Origin: Dehalococcoidia bacterium
GTDB taxonomy: Bacteria > Chloroflexota > Dehalococcoidia > Lucifugimonadales > VXLM01
Assembly (NCBI GenBank): GCA_965220255.1
Contig: OZ244816.1
Coordinates: 1,736,491 to 1,800,490, forward strand
Length of the DNA stretch: 64,000 nt
Direction of reading: 5' to 3'
The translations under genes and the position numbers were made by a program. The notes beneath the pieces were generated by a model. That model had not been told where the DNA came from. It saw only the letters and a program-made list of their open reading frames with translations, and ran no database searches. Shown here one piece after another: positions 8,952 to 19,636 of this stretch; position 1 is the stretch's first letter; every line of letters starts with the position of its first letter.

Positions 8952-11111
8952 TCACCTAGAGGGCGCACTGCTCCATTCGTCGCGGCCGAGACCCTGTTCT
9001 CCTTCGGGGCGTCGAGGCGCGGTCGGATCGCCTGTCGCGCTCTGTCCGAAGTGCTCCGGTTTCCAGTACCAGACGCGCCCCTGATCGGCTCCGGCGACGA
9101 TCTCGAACTTACCGTCTCCGTCCCAGTCGACCGGGGCGGGATGGACACCGTGCCGCCAGAACTCCAGGGGCAGACCGTCCTTGTCCCACAGGATGACTTC
9201 GGGCCGCCTGAAGACGGGGATATTGTTCGTTCCGACGTTCTTGGCGAAGAGGACGTAGCTGCCGCGATACGGGCTTCCGTGCTGCGGGCCGACACCGAGG
9301 AGCAAGTCGAGCACACCGTCGCGGTCCCAGTCGACAACGGTGATCTTCGTCCTGCCGCGACCGTCGCCTCCTCCCTCGGTGTAGACCCCGTGGGTCTTTA
9401 TTGTCTCGCCGTCCTCGTAGCGCAGCTTTTCGCCGGGGTGCAGGAGGGAGGGTGCGTCGGGGCCGACCCTTCGGAATATGGCAAGGTCGAGGTCCTTGTC
9501 CTGGATGACGATGTCGGGCAGTCCGCTGCCGGAGAAATCTCCGACGCCGGCCTGTTGCCTCCAAGGGCCGCGCAATGGCTCGCCGTCGGTGACATACAGG
9601 CGTTGAGGAGGGCCAAGCTCCGGCTCGGTCTTAGTACCCCAGTTGGGATACCAATCGTAGAGGCCAATCATGTCGCTTACGAGCAGGTCCAGGAGGCCGT
9701 TGCCGTTCCAGTCCACGAGGACGGGATTGCTGTAACCGCCGGTGTCGCCGTCGTAGGGTCCCTGCGAGCCGCCCCAGTGGTGACCGCCTGCGGGGTCGGG
9801 CGCGGCAAGACGGCGAATCTCGGTCGTGCCGTATCGAACGCGCTCGGGCAGGGCGAAGCGCAGGGGATCTGTCGATAGGGTCTTGTACCAGAGGACGTAG
9901 CCCTCTACTCCGCCAACCAAGAGGTCGGGCGTACCAGTGCCACGCCAGTCGCCGACGGTGGGGACGCTGAAGAAGCTGTTGCCGACGTGGGGATTGCGCT
10001 GCCTGATCTTCTTCGGGGTGTCGTAGACGGGACGGCCTTCCGCGTCGTGGCCTCGGAGGCGGGACCACGAGGGAGTCTGGGAACGGTCGCCCGCGAAGAT
10101 GTCGAATCGTCCGGGTTCCAGCACGTCGGACACGCCGATGTTGATGTCGAAGTTCGTTGTGCGGTTGAACGGCTCATTGTGCAACGTGAAGAGCTCAGTG
10201 ATGGGTCCCCACTGTGGAGAAGGCCCCGTCGCAAGGAGGGGGAGGTGATAGACCCTGCCGTAGTAGGTACAGAGAAGGAAACCCGCGCCAGGGTTGGTCG
10301 GGTCGACGGGGGATGCCCACATGGTATGGCAGGGCAGGTCGACGTTCGCCTTGCCGGCGTAGGTGAATTGGATGCCGCCGTTAACTTCGAGTGTGGATTC
10401 CCGCTTCCGTGGGAATGACGGAGACATATGGCCGGTGTTCTTGAAGAGGTGAAGGGTCGGCGTGGGAACCTCGCCAATCCAGCGACCGTCCTGATGGTAG
10501 CGGTTGGCCTGGTCTTCGGGAGAAATCCCTGTTTTCGGGTCGATGTGGTACCCGCTGCGTTCGCCTCCGCTGACGACGACGAGGTCGGGTCTGCCGTCGC
10601 CGTTCCAGTCGATTGCCGCCGTGGATCCCTTTGCCCACGACTTGGCGTCAAGGTCGGTGCCAATCACGTCAACCGGGGTCCCGGCTTCACGGTCCGTCGC
10701 GACGCCTCCCATCAGCGAAAGGGCGACGACCGGCCTTTGCGAGTAGTATCTCAGCCCGATGATCACCTCGTCTGAGCCATCGCCGTTGAAGTCGGCGGCC
10801 GTGAGCAGGAAGCCGGTGAGACCCTCGTCATTCTCGTCGCGCTGGGCGGAACGGGAGATGGTGCCCCATCGCCGCCCCCGGTCGACGACGGGCGTCCCGT
10901 CCGCGAGGGCGTCAATGAACTTGTGGGCGAAGATGTCGTTGCCGGACGTTACGAGCTCCGATTCGCCGTCGCCGTCCCAGTCGAGTACGTGCACGGTCGA
11001 CGTTGGGTCGCAAGGCGCGTGAAGGTCGCCGATGACGTTGTCGTCGCCGAGCACCAATGGGGAGCCGTCCCCCCGGTTGCCGCCTTCGATGGGGCGTGGG
11101 TATTCGTTCAT
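8952..11111 (-). CDS. FG-GAP/VCBS repeat-containing protein (beta-propeller)
   Basis: 719 aa with many DWDGDG / DWNGDG / DFNGDGSDE calcium-binding-type repeats. SD AGGAGGA. No N-terminal signal peptide visible. Confidence 0.8.
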   Translation of the reverse strand: MNEYPRPIEGGNRGDGSPLVLGDDNVIGDLHAPCDPTSTVHVLDWDGDGESELVTSGNDIFAHKFIDALADGTPVVDRGRRWGTISRSAQRDENDEGLTGFLLTAADFNGDGSDEVIIGLRYYSQRPVVALSLMGGVATDREAGTPVDVIGTDLDAKSWAKGSTAAIDWNGDGRPDLVVVSGGERSGYHIDPKTGISPEDQANRYHQDGRWIGEVPTPTLHLFKNTGHMSPSFPRKRESTLEVNGGIQFTYAGKANVDLPCHTMWASPVDPTNPGAGFLLCTYYGRVYHLPLLATGPSPQWGPITELFTLHNEPFNRTTNFDINIGVSDVLEPGRFDIFAGDRSQTPSWSRLRGHDAEGRPVYDTPKKIRQRNPHVGNSFFSVPTVGDWRGTGTPDLLVGGVEGYVLWYKTLSTDPLRFALPERVRYGTTEIRRLAAPDPAGGHHWGGSQGPYDGDTGGYSNPVLVDWNGNGLLDLLVSDMIGLYDWYPNWGTKTEPELGPPQRLYVTDGEPLRGPWRQQAGVGDFSGSGLPDIVIQDKDLDLAIFRRVGPDAPSLLHPGEKLRYEDGETIKTHGVYTEGGGDGRGRTKITVVDWDRDGVLDLLLGVGPQHGSPYRGSYVLFAKNVGTNNIPVFRRPEVILWDKDGLPLEFWRHGVHPAPVDWDGDGKFEIVAGADQGRVWYWKPEHFGQSATGDPTAPRRPEGEQGLGRDEWSSAPSR
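10394..10421. repeat. Palindromic repeat copy embedded in-frame in the FG-GAP CDS
   Basis: tggattcccgcttccgtgggaatgacgg matches the intergenic family. On the coding strand it encodes ...SPSFPRKRES... Confidence 0.75.
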
Positions 11112-11282
11112 GATTCGATTCCTCCTGGCCGTATGAAGGGTTAGCCGGACGCGCGGAATTATACGCGGGAATGCGTAACACGTCGTGCTTTTTTCGCCGG
11201 AATTACTCTGTGGTCGTTATGGTATCCTTTGGGCGGCAACGCAGCGGGCTCTCGGACGATGCTAACGCACGGGAGGGACGAC

Positions 11283-12854
11283 ATGAAACGACCACGCTTG
11301 ATCTACTACAACGACGCTCACCACTTTCACGCCAAACGCATGGAACCGCCCGCCAGCATCCACATGCTGGAGTGGCCGGTCAACGAGGTCGCGGGCACGG
11401 GGGTAGACCTTCTCGTGCTGGGTCTTGGCTATGGCGACGTCTACTTTCACCAGAGCAAGGTGGGGCGTGTCGTGGGCCAGCAGAAAGAGGTGTGGGAGAA
11501 CTACATCGACTGGCGGATCATGCGGATGGTCGAAGAGGCCGCAGAGAAGGGGACCGACCAGCTCCGAGAGGTGATCCGGAGGGGCCGAGAGACGGGCATA
11601 TCTGTTTATCCCAGCTTCAAATTGCAGTCCACCAACGCCCGCTACAGTGAACGGTGTGGACGTCTCAAGTGGGAGCGGGGCAGCGAGGTCTGCATAGGTG
11701 AGCCCGGTCGCAACGAGTGGGCCTACGACTACGCGATTAAGGAAGTTCGCGACGAAAGCCTCGCCGTAATTCGTGAAGTGTTGGAGGACTATGAGGCCGA
11801 CGGCATTGAGCTTGATTACAAGTTCGGCGGGCAGTACTTCAAGAGCGACGCCGTGGACGAGGGCGTCAAGACGATGAATGCCTTCGTGATGGACGTCCGT
11901 GAACTTGCCACCCAGATTGGACAGAAGCAAGGTAGGGATGTCGGTGTCATGGCCCGTGTCGACTTGCTACGAGACACGAACCTGTCGGAGGCGCTCGACA
12001 CGGAGCAGTGGCTTCGTGACGGGTCGCTCGACTACATCGTGGGCCAGGACCCCTACGTCGTCTCGGAGACGGGAGTGCGACAGTCGTGGATGCCGGACGC
12101 CGCCAACGCCAATGGCGCGGCGGCGTACTACCGCCCGCCGAGGCGTGTATACGACGAGCGAGTAGGACTGCCAAGTATCGAAATGTATCGCGCGCTGAAC
12201 CAGACCCTTGCATCAGACGGATGGGGAGGACAGTACCACGGATACCTCCTGTGGCCGTTCGCCCACCGCGAGTACCAGATTCTCCGCGAGCTGGCCCACC
12301 CGGAAGTACACGTCCGCAGCCACAAGCGCTACATCGCCCAGCCGCGCGAGGGAGTGGAAGGTGAGCCGACCAAGACGCCGCACCGCGAGTTGCCTGCGGA
12401 GTTTGTGGAGGGCGAGACATCGTCGGTGACGATTCGCGTAGAGGACGACATAGAGAGCGCGAAGGCGGACGGCGAGATGCGCAAGCCGATACTGACGATC
12501 AGGTTCTCGTACTTCTGCATCGAGGACAAGTACGAGATCAGGTTCAACGGCGAGGCGCTTCCTCTCGACCAGGCAGAGATAACCGATGAGCGCGGGCTTG
12601 AGATGCGGACGATATTGCGCGGGGGGATGGACCTCCAAGCGCCCCTCGGCATGTCGGCGCACTGGTTCCGGTTCTCGCTGCCGATCCACCTCGTCAGGCG
12701 AGGGGACAACCTCGTCGAGGTCGAGATGTTCAAGTTCGAGCCTCGCGCGGGGTTTACGCGCAGCATCAACGGCGTCGAGGTGCTCATGCGCTACAAGGAT
12801 ATGGAGCGACCCCAAGGCTTCGACGTGGAGCGAGTGTCTCCGCTTTCGGCGTAG
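11283..12854 (+). CDS. Hypothetical protein, possibly a glycoside-hydrolase-like TIM barrel
   Basis: ATG at 11283 preceded by GGGAGGG. The segment EADGIELDYKFGG resembles GH-like (GHL10-type) barrels, but the family is not recognised with certainty. Confidence 0.6.
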   Translation: MKRPRLIYYNDAHHFHAKRMEPPASIHMLEWPVNEVAGTGVDLLVLGLGYGDVYFHQSKVGRVVGQQKEVWENYIDWRIMRMVEEAAEKGTDQLREVIRRGRETGISVYPSFKLQSTNARYSERCGRLKWERGSEVCIGEPGRNEWAYDYAIKEVRDESLAVIREVLEDYEADGIELDYKFGGQYFKSDAVDEGVKTMNAFVMDVRELATQIGQKQGRDVGVMARVDLLRDTNLSEALDTEQWLRDGSLDYIVGQDPYVVSETGVRQSWMPDAANANGAAAYYRPPRRVYDERVGLPSIEMYRALNQTLASDGWGGQYHGYLLWPFAHREYQILRELAHPEVHVRSHKRYIAQPREGVEGEPTKTPHRELPAEFVEGETSSVTIRVEDDIESAKADGEMRKPILTIRFSYFCIEDKYEIRFNGEALPLDQAEITDERGLEMRTILRGGMDLQAPLGMSAHWFRFSLPIHLVRRGDNLVEVEMFKFEPRAGFTRSINGVEVLMRYKDMERPQGFDVERVSPLSA

Positions 12855-13141
12855 AGGGACGTACTGTTCCCGGCTAGGGTTGACAATCCGTCGTTAATGG
12901 TGTGAAAATGGCGGATGTCACCCCGCCGCACGTGTCCTTGCATTCCGTTTCCTTTTGTGATGGTTGAGTTAGGGTATTTGTCCGAACTTTCTTGAGCCCC
13001 AACGTCGAGACTAGGCTCGCACTATGGGGAACCCTCATTTGAACGGAGCGGCTGTCACTTGTAGTGCGGGCGTTGTGGGATTCGGATTCTGCGTTTGTGT
13101 AGACCCCTTGGTTGAATGACCTGCGTTTACCGTAGGCATGG

Positions 13142-13175
13142 CATTTTAGATTCCTCGCTATGCTCGGAATGACAG
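13142..13175. repeat. Single arm of the CTGTCATTCCGAGC...GAGGAATCTAAA repeat family
   Basis: cattttagattcctcgctatgctcggaatgacag. Confidence 0.7.
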
Positions 13176-13357
13176 TTAACCCACGGAACAACAGGTCACT
13201 AATGCCCGCAAAGCCGAACTCGTCATTCCTGGCATTGACAAGTTGAGAACTGCTGATCGAACGTATGGTGAACACACGCTGCGGATGCTGAACACGGCCC
13301 CGTTTATCCGGCATTGCGAAGTTCTGCCATTGGTCGGTAAAGCTGAAAGAGGAATAG

Positions 13358-15142
13358 TTGGTATCTGAAATCATCCAGCGTTTCACAGGTCCGCGCACCA
13401 AGGTCCCGGTGCGGCAATACGGCGCGCTTCTGCTCAAGTATCTCCGTCAGCAGAAGGGCCTCGTGGCGCTCGCCTCAGTGTTGATCCTGACGAATATCGG
13501 ATTGAAGCTTGTCAACCCGCAGATCATGCGGTACTTCATCGACGAGGCGGCGGCGGGCAGTATGCTAAGCACGCTCGTGGCTGCCGCGTTAGCGTTCATG
13601 GCCGTGGCGCTGGTCCAGCAGGTGGTTGGGGTAGTCGCGACATACACGAGCGGCCAAGTCGGTTGGAACGCGACGAACTCCCTGCGGTCCGATCTCGCGA
13701 GGCACGCGCTGTTCCTCGATATGCCATTTCATAACAGCAACACCCCGGGGGCGATGATCGAGCGCATCGACGGCGATGCCCAGACGCTCGGAAAGTTCTT
13801 CTCCACGTTCGCCGTGCATATCTTGGGCAACGCCGTCATGCTCGTTGCCGTCCTTGTTCTTCTATTTCGCGAGAACTGGCTAGCCGGTTCCGCTCTCACT
13901 GTGTTCGCTCTTATCTCGCTGACGGTGATCCTGCGGATGCGAAACGTCTCCGTAGCAAACTGGAAGGCCAACCGCGAGGAGAGCACCAAGACGTATGGAT
14001 TCATCGAGGAGCGTCTGGCGGGTCGCGAGGATATCCGGACGAGCGCGGCCCAGTCCTACGTCATGAAGGGCTACTTCGACCACATGTGGAGGTGGTTCCG
14101 CGTCCGGGTAAAGGCCGCGTTCGTCGCCAACGTCGTCTCAGGGGCTACGGAGACGATCTATGGCGTTGGTTTAGCGGTGGCACTGGCGGTAGGGGCGTAC
14201 CTGTTCTTCGAGGGCTGGATCACGATTGGCACGGTCTATCTCATCTACGGGTACGCCCGGCTCGTCATCGCGCCGATCTATCAGATGTCCCATGAGATCG
14301 AGGCCCTGCAGCAGGCCGGAGCGAGTGTCATCAGGATAAACGACCTCCTCCGCACCCGTAGGGAGGTTGCCGACGGTCCCGGCAGGAAGTTCCGCAAGGG
14401 GGCGCTGGCCGTTCGGCTCGATTCGGTCTCGTTCGGTTACAACAGGACTGAGCCCGTCCTGCGCGACATAACCATAGACCTGAGGCCCGGTAGGGTGCTT
14501 GGTCTCCTCGGCAGGACGGGGAGCGGCAAGACGACGATAACGCGGCTGCTTTTCCGGCTCTATGATCCCGACGTGGGCAGGGTATTGATTGGCGGTGAGG
14601 ACATCCGCGACGCGCGGATCGCGGAACTCCGCAACCGGGTCGGTCTCGTCACGCAAGACGTACGGCTCTTCCACGGGACGGTGAGGGACAATCTGACCTT
14701 CTTCGACCGAAATGCACCCGACGAGCGGTTGCTCGAGGTCCTGCATGACCTCGGTCTGAAGCGATGGTCCGACTCGCTTCCAGAGGGCCTCGACACGACG
14801 CTGGAACCTGAAGGGGGTGGTCTGTCGTCCGGTGAAGCTCAGATGCTTGCCTTCGCAAGAGTATTCCTCAAAGACCCCGGACTTGTCATTCTCGACGAGG
14901 CAACATCGCGGCTGGACAGGAGCACGGAGGCGGCCATCGAGCGGGCGGTCGACAGGCTGGTTGAGGGGAGGACCGTGCTGATCGTCGCCCACCACCTGGC
15001 GACCATCCAACGGTGCGACGACATCGTCATCCTCGAGGGCGGGCGGATCGTGGAGGCCGGAGAGCGGGAGACTCTCGCTTCCGACCCCAACACGCGGTTT
15101 CACAGCCTTCTCAGGAGCGGGCTGGAGGAGGTGCTGACGTGA
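13358..15142 (+). CDS. ABC exporter, fused permease/ATPase (MsbA-like half transporter)
   Basis: TTG start after AAGAGG. Six-TM region, then Walker [10 protein letters not shown], signature LSSGEAQ, Walker [10 protein letters not shown]. Confidence 0.9.
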   Translation: MVSEIIQRFTGPRTKVPVRQYGALLLKYLRQQKGLVALASVLILTNIGLKLVNPQIMRYFIDEAAAGSMLSTLVAAALAFMAVALVQQVVGVVATYTSGQVGWNATNSLRSDLARHALFLDMPFHNSNTPGAMIERIDGDAQTLGKFFSTFAVHILGNAVMLVAVLVLLFRENWLAGSALTVFALISLTVILRMRNVSVANWKANREESTKTYGFIEERLAGREDIRTSAAQSYVMKGYFDHMWRWFRVRVKAAFVANVVSGATETIYGVGLAVALAVGAYLFFEGWITIGTVYLIYGYARLVIAPIYQMSHEIEALQQAGASVIRINDLLRTRREVADGPGRKFRKGALAVRLDSVSFGYNRTEPVLRDITIDLRPGRVLGLLGRTGSGKTTITRLLFRLYDPDVGRVLIGGEDIRDARIAELRNRVGLVTQDVRLFHGTVRDNLTFFDRNAPDERLLEVLHDLGLKRWSDSLPEGLDTTLEPEGGGLSSGEAQMLAFARVFLKDPGLVILDEATSRLDRSTEAAIERAVDRLVEGRTVLIVAHHLATIQRCDDIVILEGGRIVEAGERETLASDPNTRFHSLLRSGLEEVLT

Positions 15143-16899
15143 GCGCCTGGCAATACCTCAAGTCTCTCGCGTGGACGTTCAAATGGACGCTGTCGCTCGA
15201 CATATTCGTCCAAGCTGTTCTGATAGCCGCTCTTGAACACGCATTCGTTCTCACCATTCGAGAGATATTCGACACCCTGACCGACGACGCAAGGACATCC
15301 CTGGGGGTCTGGACGCTCTGCGCTGTGCTGGCCGGAATGGTGGCCTTTCAGATGGTCTTGTACGTTGGATCGGTCACACTGCAGTTCGCCAACCAGTTCA
15401 TGATCGGGGCTTTGCTTCGGAGGAACGTGCTCTCCCACCTTATGGAATTGAGTGGGATGCGAGGACTTCCGGCATCGCCGGGAGAGGCGGTGACCCGTTT
15501 TCGCGGGGATGTTTCTGGGGTCGGCAGGTTCTACATTTGGCCCAAGTTCATTGTCACACAACTGGCGGTGTCGATTGTCGCCGTCGTAATCATGGTGAGC
15601 ATTTCTCCTTTCGTTACGCTCGTGGGACTGCTGCCCCTCATGCTGGTGTTCACGGTCGTCCACTTTGCCAGGACACGTATCGAAAGGACGCGGCAGCAAA
15701 GCAGAGAGGCTGCGGGGGAGGTAACCGGCTTCCTGGGCGAGATGTTCGGCTCGGCTGAGGCCATCAAGGTGGCCGGGGCGGAGGCTCACGTTCTCAACGA
15801 GTTTGACCGTGTGAACGCTGCACGTAAGCGAGCCACCCTGCGGGACACGCTCCTGACTCAAACGCTGAACGCTATATTCCGCAACCTGGAGGGTATAGGC
15901 GTCGGCGCTATCTTGATAGTCGCCGGTCACGCGATGCTGAGCGGGCAGCTGACAGTCGGAGACCTCGTGTTGTTCGTCTTCTACCTAGAGGGGTTCTCGT
16001 GGCTTTGGGCGGGCCTTGGTCGGGTAATGACGGAGTATCGGCAGGTAGGGGTCGGGATCAACCGGCTTGATGAACTGATGCCCGGAGCGCCGCCTGAAAA
16101 GCTGGTTGAGCGCAACCCGACGCACCTGTTCAGGAAAGCGCCGGAAGCTGTTTACGTCGAGAAGACCGAGGCCGATCGGCTGGAAAGCCTGGAAGCCAAG
16201 GGGCTGACCTACGAGTATCCCGACTCAGAGAGTGGGGTGCGCGACGTTGATGTCTCACTACAGAAGGGGTCGTTCACTGTCGTCACGGGTCGGGTAGGCT
16301 CCGGCAAGAGCACGCTGCTGCGCGTCCTGTTGGGCTCCCTGCCGCTGCACTCAGGGGAAATTCGGTGGAACGGCACGTCCGTTGAGGATACGAGCGAGGT
16401 GTTGGCGCCGCCGCGCGTGGCCTACACGTCCCAGGTGCCACGTCTGTTCAGCGAGGAGCTTCGGGGGAACATTCTGCTGGGGCTTCGGGAGGGGGGTGTG
16501 GACCTGCCGGGAGCCGTTCGTACCGCCGTGCTGGAAGACGACATCGACGATCTGGAAAACGGGCTGGACACGGTCGTAGGTCCGCGCGGGGTGAAGCTGT
16601 CCGGCGGCCAGCAGAGGAGGGCCGCTGCGGCACGGATGTTCGTCCGGGAGCCGGAGTTGTTGGTATTCGACGACCTGTCGAGCGGTCTCGACGTGGAGAC
16701 CGAGCAGACCCTATGGGAGCGGCTTTCCGATCGGCAGGAATGCACGGTTCTCGCGGTCTCGCACCGGCGGGCGGCGCTCCGTCGGGCCGACCACATCATC
16801 GTCCTGAAGGATGGGCGCGTGGATGCCGAGGGGAAACTTGAGGAGCTGCTTGCCACCTCAGACGAGATGCAGCGGTTGTGGGCGGGAGACGTGGAATAG
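15139..16899 (+). CDS. ABC exporter, fused permease/ATPase (heterodimer partner)
   Basis: GTG at 15139 overlaps the upstream stop (GTGA). Walker [10 protein letters not shown], signature LSGGQQRR, Walker [10 protein letters not shown]. Confidence 0.9.
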   Translation: MSAWQYLKSLAWTFKWTLSLDIFVQAVLIAALEHAFVLTIREIFDTLTDDARTSLGVWTLCAVLAGMVAFQMVLYVGSVTLQFANQFMIGALLRRNVLSHLMELSGMRGLPASPGEAVTRFRGDVSGVGRFYIWPKFIVTQLAVSIVAVVIMVSISPFVTLVGLLPLMLVFTVVHFARTRIERTRQQSREAAGEVTGFLGEMFGSAEAIKVAGAEAHVLNEFDRVNAARKRATLRDTLLTQTLNAIFRNLEGIGVGAILIVAGHAMLSGQLTVGDLVLFVFYLEGFSWLWAGLGRVMTEYRQVGVGINRLDELMPGAPPEKLVERNPTHLFRKAPEAVYVEKTEADRLESLEAKGLTYEYPDSESGVRDVDVSLQKGSFTVVTGRVGSGKSTLLRVLLGSLPLHSGEIRWNGTSVEDTSEVLAPPRVAYTSQVPRLFSEELRGNILLGLREGGVDLPGAVRTAVLEDDIDDLENGLDTVVGPRGVKLSGGQQRRAAAARMFVREPELLVFDDLSSGLDVETEQTLWERLSDRQECTVLAVSHRRAALRRADHIIVLKDGRVDAEGKLEELLATSDEMQRLWAGDVE

Positions 16900-17028
16900 T
16901 CGGGGTTGCCTCGCTAGCGTCCGGCGATTAATGGCGGGGCAGCATCACCATATAGTTGAGTGAAACGTTGGAATTTGTGAGCGCTCCTAGCGTGATACGC
17001 TAGCGCCACGCATCCGACACCTGAGTCC

Positions 17029-18291
17029 GTGCCCCTGATGGAACGACCTCGTCGAAAACTGCACATACGCCGGTGGCTGGCGTCCTTCGTCCTCGCCGTG
17101 CTGTTGGTGCTCCCAAGCGGAGACCGGCTGCACATCACACCCGCGCTGGAAGTGGCGTCCGAGCACGTCTTCTCGCTGGTGCAGTGGCACATCACCAATT
17201 TCTTCGGCAAGTGGGGGCATTTGGTTCGCGAATCGATATCGGGCCAGAAGCCGTTGAGGGATGAGCGTCTCGCGATAGTCGACGAGTACCTGCAGACCTC
17301 CCGATTGGCAGAGAAGGAGGAGCGCCTTATCGAGGGCCGCATTGCAAGGGCCGGTGGGGCGACCAGCGCCAAGGGTGCCAACGTGTCGCGAGAGACGTTG
17401 GACGATTTACTCGCGCTTCAACGGGGGCTGCGGCCAAAGGCGGAGGAGGCCGTCGAGTCGGAGCTTAGTGGCGTGCTGCTTACTGAGGGCTTCGGATGGT
17501 GGGGCAACCTGCTTTTCCCGCCGGTAGACATCAAGTTCGGCCACCTACCGACCATCATCGTCACCTCACGCCGGGACAAGATCGCGCGTCTCGAACGTCT
17601 GCTGCTCCGTCCCGAATTGGAGTACATCGAACGCGGCAGGCTGGAAGACGAGCTCCTTGAGAAACACGACCTCTCGGCCATAGTCGGAAATCTGGCCGGT
17701 CTTTCGACCTACCCCACGCTGGTCACGGATACCGATTCGCTGCGCTCCGTCCTGCGCACGGCGGCCCACGAGTGGCTGCACGTGTACTGGTTCTTCCGGC
17801 CGTTCGGACAGGCATTCTGGATATCGGAGGAGATGGCGACGCTGAACGAGACGGCAGCCGACATAGCAGGGCGCGAACTGGGCGACGAGACGTTCGCGCG
17901 GATGGGGGGCGACCTCGACGAAAACGCCAGGCGCTATCTACCGCAGGAGGACCGTGATCCTCGCTTCACCCAGATGATGCGCGAGACCCGGCAGCGGACG
18001 GAAGAGCTTCTGGCCGAGGGCAAGATCGAGGAGGCCGAGGAGTATATGAAGGAACGCTGGTGGCAGATGCGTCTCGGTGGGTATGGACTGCGCAAGCTCA
18101 ACCAAGCCTTCTTCGCCATGCACGGCATCTACGGCGAGAGCGTAACGTCGGTCAGTCCCATTGGTGACGAGGTGGCAGAGTTTCGGACATACTTCTCCAC
18201 CACGGGCGACTTCATCAGGGCCTTGAACGGGGTGTCAACGTACGGGGAGTTTTTGAGGCGGCTGGGGGAGAAGCGGGGGGAGAGCGGATGA
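17029..18291 (+). CDS. Membrane-anchored putative zinc metalloprotease (HExxH)
   Basis: N-terminal TM segment (WLASFVLAVLLVL). AAHEWLH motif followed by NETAADIAG. Family uncertain. Alternative ATG at 17038. Confidence 0.5.
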   Translation: MPLMERPRRKLHIRRWLASFVLAVLLVLPSGDRLHITPALEVASEHVFSLVQWHITNFFGKWGHLVRESISGQKPLRDERLAIVDEYLQTSRLAEKEERLIEGRIARAGGATSAKGANVSRETLDDLLALQRGLRPKAEEAVESELSGVLLTEGFGWWGNLLFPPVDIKFGHLPTIIVTSRRDKIARLERLLLRPELEYIERGRLEDELLEKHDLSAIVGNLAGLSTYPTLVTDTDSLRSVLRTAAHEWLHVYWFFRPFGQAFWISEEMATLNETAADIAGRELGDETFARMGGDLDENARRYLPQEDRDPRFTQMMRETRQRTEELLAEGKIEEAEEYMKERWWQMRLGGYGLRKLNQAFFAMHGIYGESVTSVSPIGDEVAEFRTYFSTTGDFIRALNGVSTYGEFLRRLGEKRGESG

Positions 18292-18525
18292 TACGAACGG
18301 AGCGATAGCGTACCGACGCGGTAGCTGCATGATGCGGAACCCCGTTGTCTTTCCCTCCATACCTTTGACTCATTAGTGGGGCGTTGTTATCGTTACGACA
18401 CTCTCTGCCATGGGTCAAATCCACATGTAGACGTATACACCTCTCAGAACTTGCTTGAAGCACACGCCGTGGAATAGGCGACTTGTGGTAGAGGAGTAAG
18501 TTCTTGTCGCAAGGGGGCAAATCCC

Positions 18526-19266
18526 ATGAGAGCCATCGCCATTAGCACAATGTCGATAGCCATTATCGTTCTCGCATCTGCAGCGACCGTCCGGCTTGCC
18601 ATTGGACAGACAGACTCCGTGTGCGCCACCAACTCCGTCGTGGCAACGAGCACCCCAAGTCTCATCGGAGACTGCGATACTCTGCTAGGAATAAAGTCTG
18701 ATCTTCGCGGCACTGCTCAGCTGAACTGGTGGTCGGGTCGTTCGATGGCACAATGGGACGGTATAGGAGTTCAGGGAGGCCGGGTGGCCGAGGTGTCACT
18801 CGCCAACCGGGGTCTCAACGGCGTCATTCCCGCCGGGTTCGGCGACCTCTCGGCTCTGAAAACGCTCGACCTGAGTTCCAACGGATTGACCGGGACGATC
18901 CCTTCCGAGCTTGGTGATCTGTCCAACATGGAGTCTCTGTCGCTCTCATCCAACAGCCTCAGCGGTCAGATACCGGAAGAATTGAACCGCCTGACCAAGC
19001 TGAGTTCTCTGCGACTGAGCGGCAACAATTTCACCGGGTGTATGCCGGCCAATTTGCTCGATGTGCCGGACGGCGACGCCACGAGTCTCAATCTGCCCAC
19101 CTGTGGAAGCGGTAACCTGACACCGACAACGGGAGAGAGATTGACTACAGTCGAGGCAAGACTCAGAGATATAGAGGCAAGACTCATCGCAGTGGAGACG
19201 GCTGTGGCACAGCCTGAGGCTACGCCCACACCCACACCCACAGCGACACCGACACCCTCCCGGTGA
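18526..19266 (+). CDS. Secreted leucine-rich repeat protein (plant-specific-type 24-residue LRRs)
   Basis: Signal-like N-terminus. Four consecutive repeats such as LSALKTLDLSSNGLTGTIPSELGD. Thr/Pro-rich tail PEATPTPTPTATPTPS. SD AGGGGG. Confidence 0.8.
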   Translation: MRAIAISTMSIAIIVLASAATVRLAIGQTDSVCATNSVVATSTPSLIGDCDTLLGIKSDLRGTAQLNWWSGRSMAQWDGIGVQGGRVAEVSLANRGLNGVIPAGFGDLSALKTLDLSSNGLTGTIPSELGDLSNMESLSLSSNSLSGQIPEELNRLTKLSSLRLSGNNFTGCMPANLLDVPDGDATSLNLPTCGSGNLTPTTGERLTTVEARLRDIEARLIAVETAVAQPEATPTPTPTATPTPSR

Positions 19267-19461
19267 GTGGCTTTATAAACTATCTCAAAACTAAATGTTT
19301 TAGCGGAGAATTGCCCTTCGACAAGCTCAGGGCATACGTGACTTCCTCTGATCTGATGGGCACCGAGTTTCCTTGTGTGTAATTAGCGATAGTTTCTTAA
19401 GCGCGAAAATGCCGAAACCTCAGGCAGTGCGGCCTTGATGAAGGGAGCGCGCCCGTTACTG

Positions 19462-19556
19462 TGGATACCCTCCCCGTATCCGGGTACGGGGTGACATTCT
19501 TTCACGGGTATGACGGTGGAACGCTCGCATGATGTTTCTTGTGGAGTCTGAACAGT
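19462..19556. repeat. Composite palindromic repeat (right-arm-containing copy)
   Basis: tggataccc-tccccgtatccgggtacgggg-...cacgggtatgacggtgg...gagtctgaacagtc. Shares modules with 39408-39544 and 43986-44100. Confidence 0.7.
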
Positions 19557-19636
19557 CGCCGGTGTATCCGACTTCTTGACACCCTGTCGAGCAGACTCCT
19601 ACACTCTCCGCCGACGTTTCGCAGGAGAGGAATACC

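Noticed and set aside
12877-12910. TTGACA ... gaaaat promoter-like pair downstream of the 11283-12854 gene
   Set aside because: It lies about 480 bp upstream of the next start codon, with repeats in between. The match is weak and cannot be supported without transcript data.
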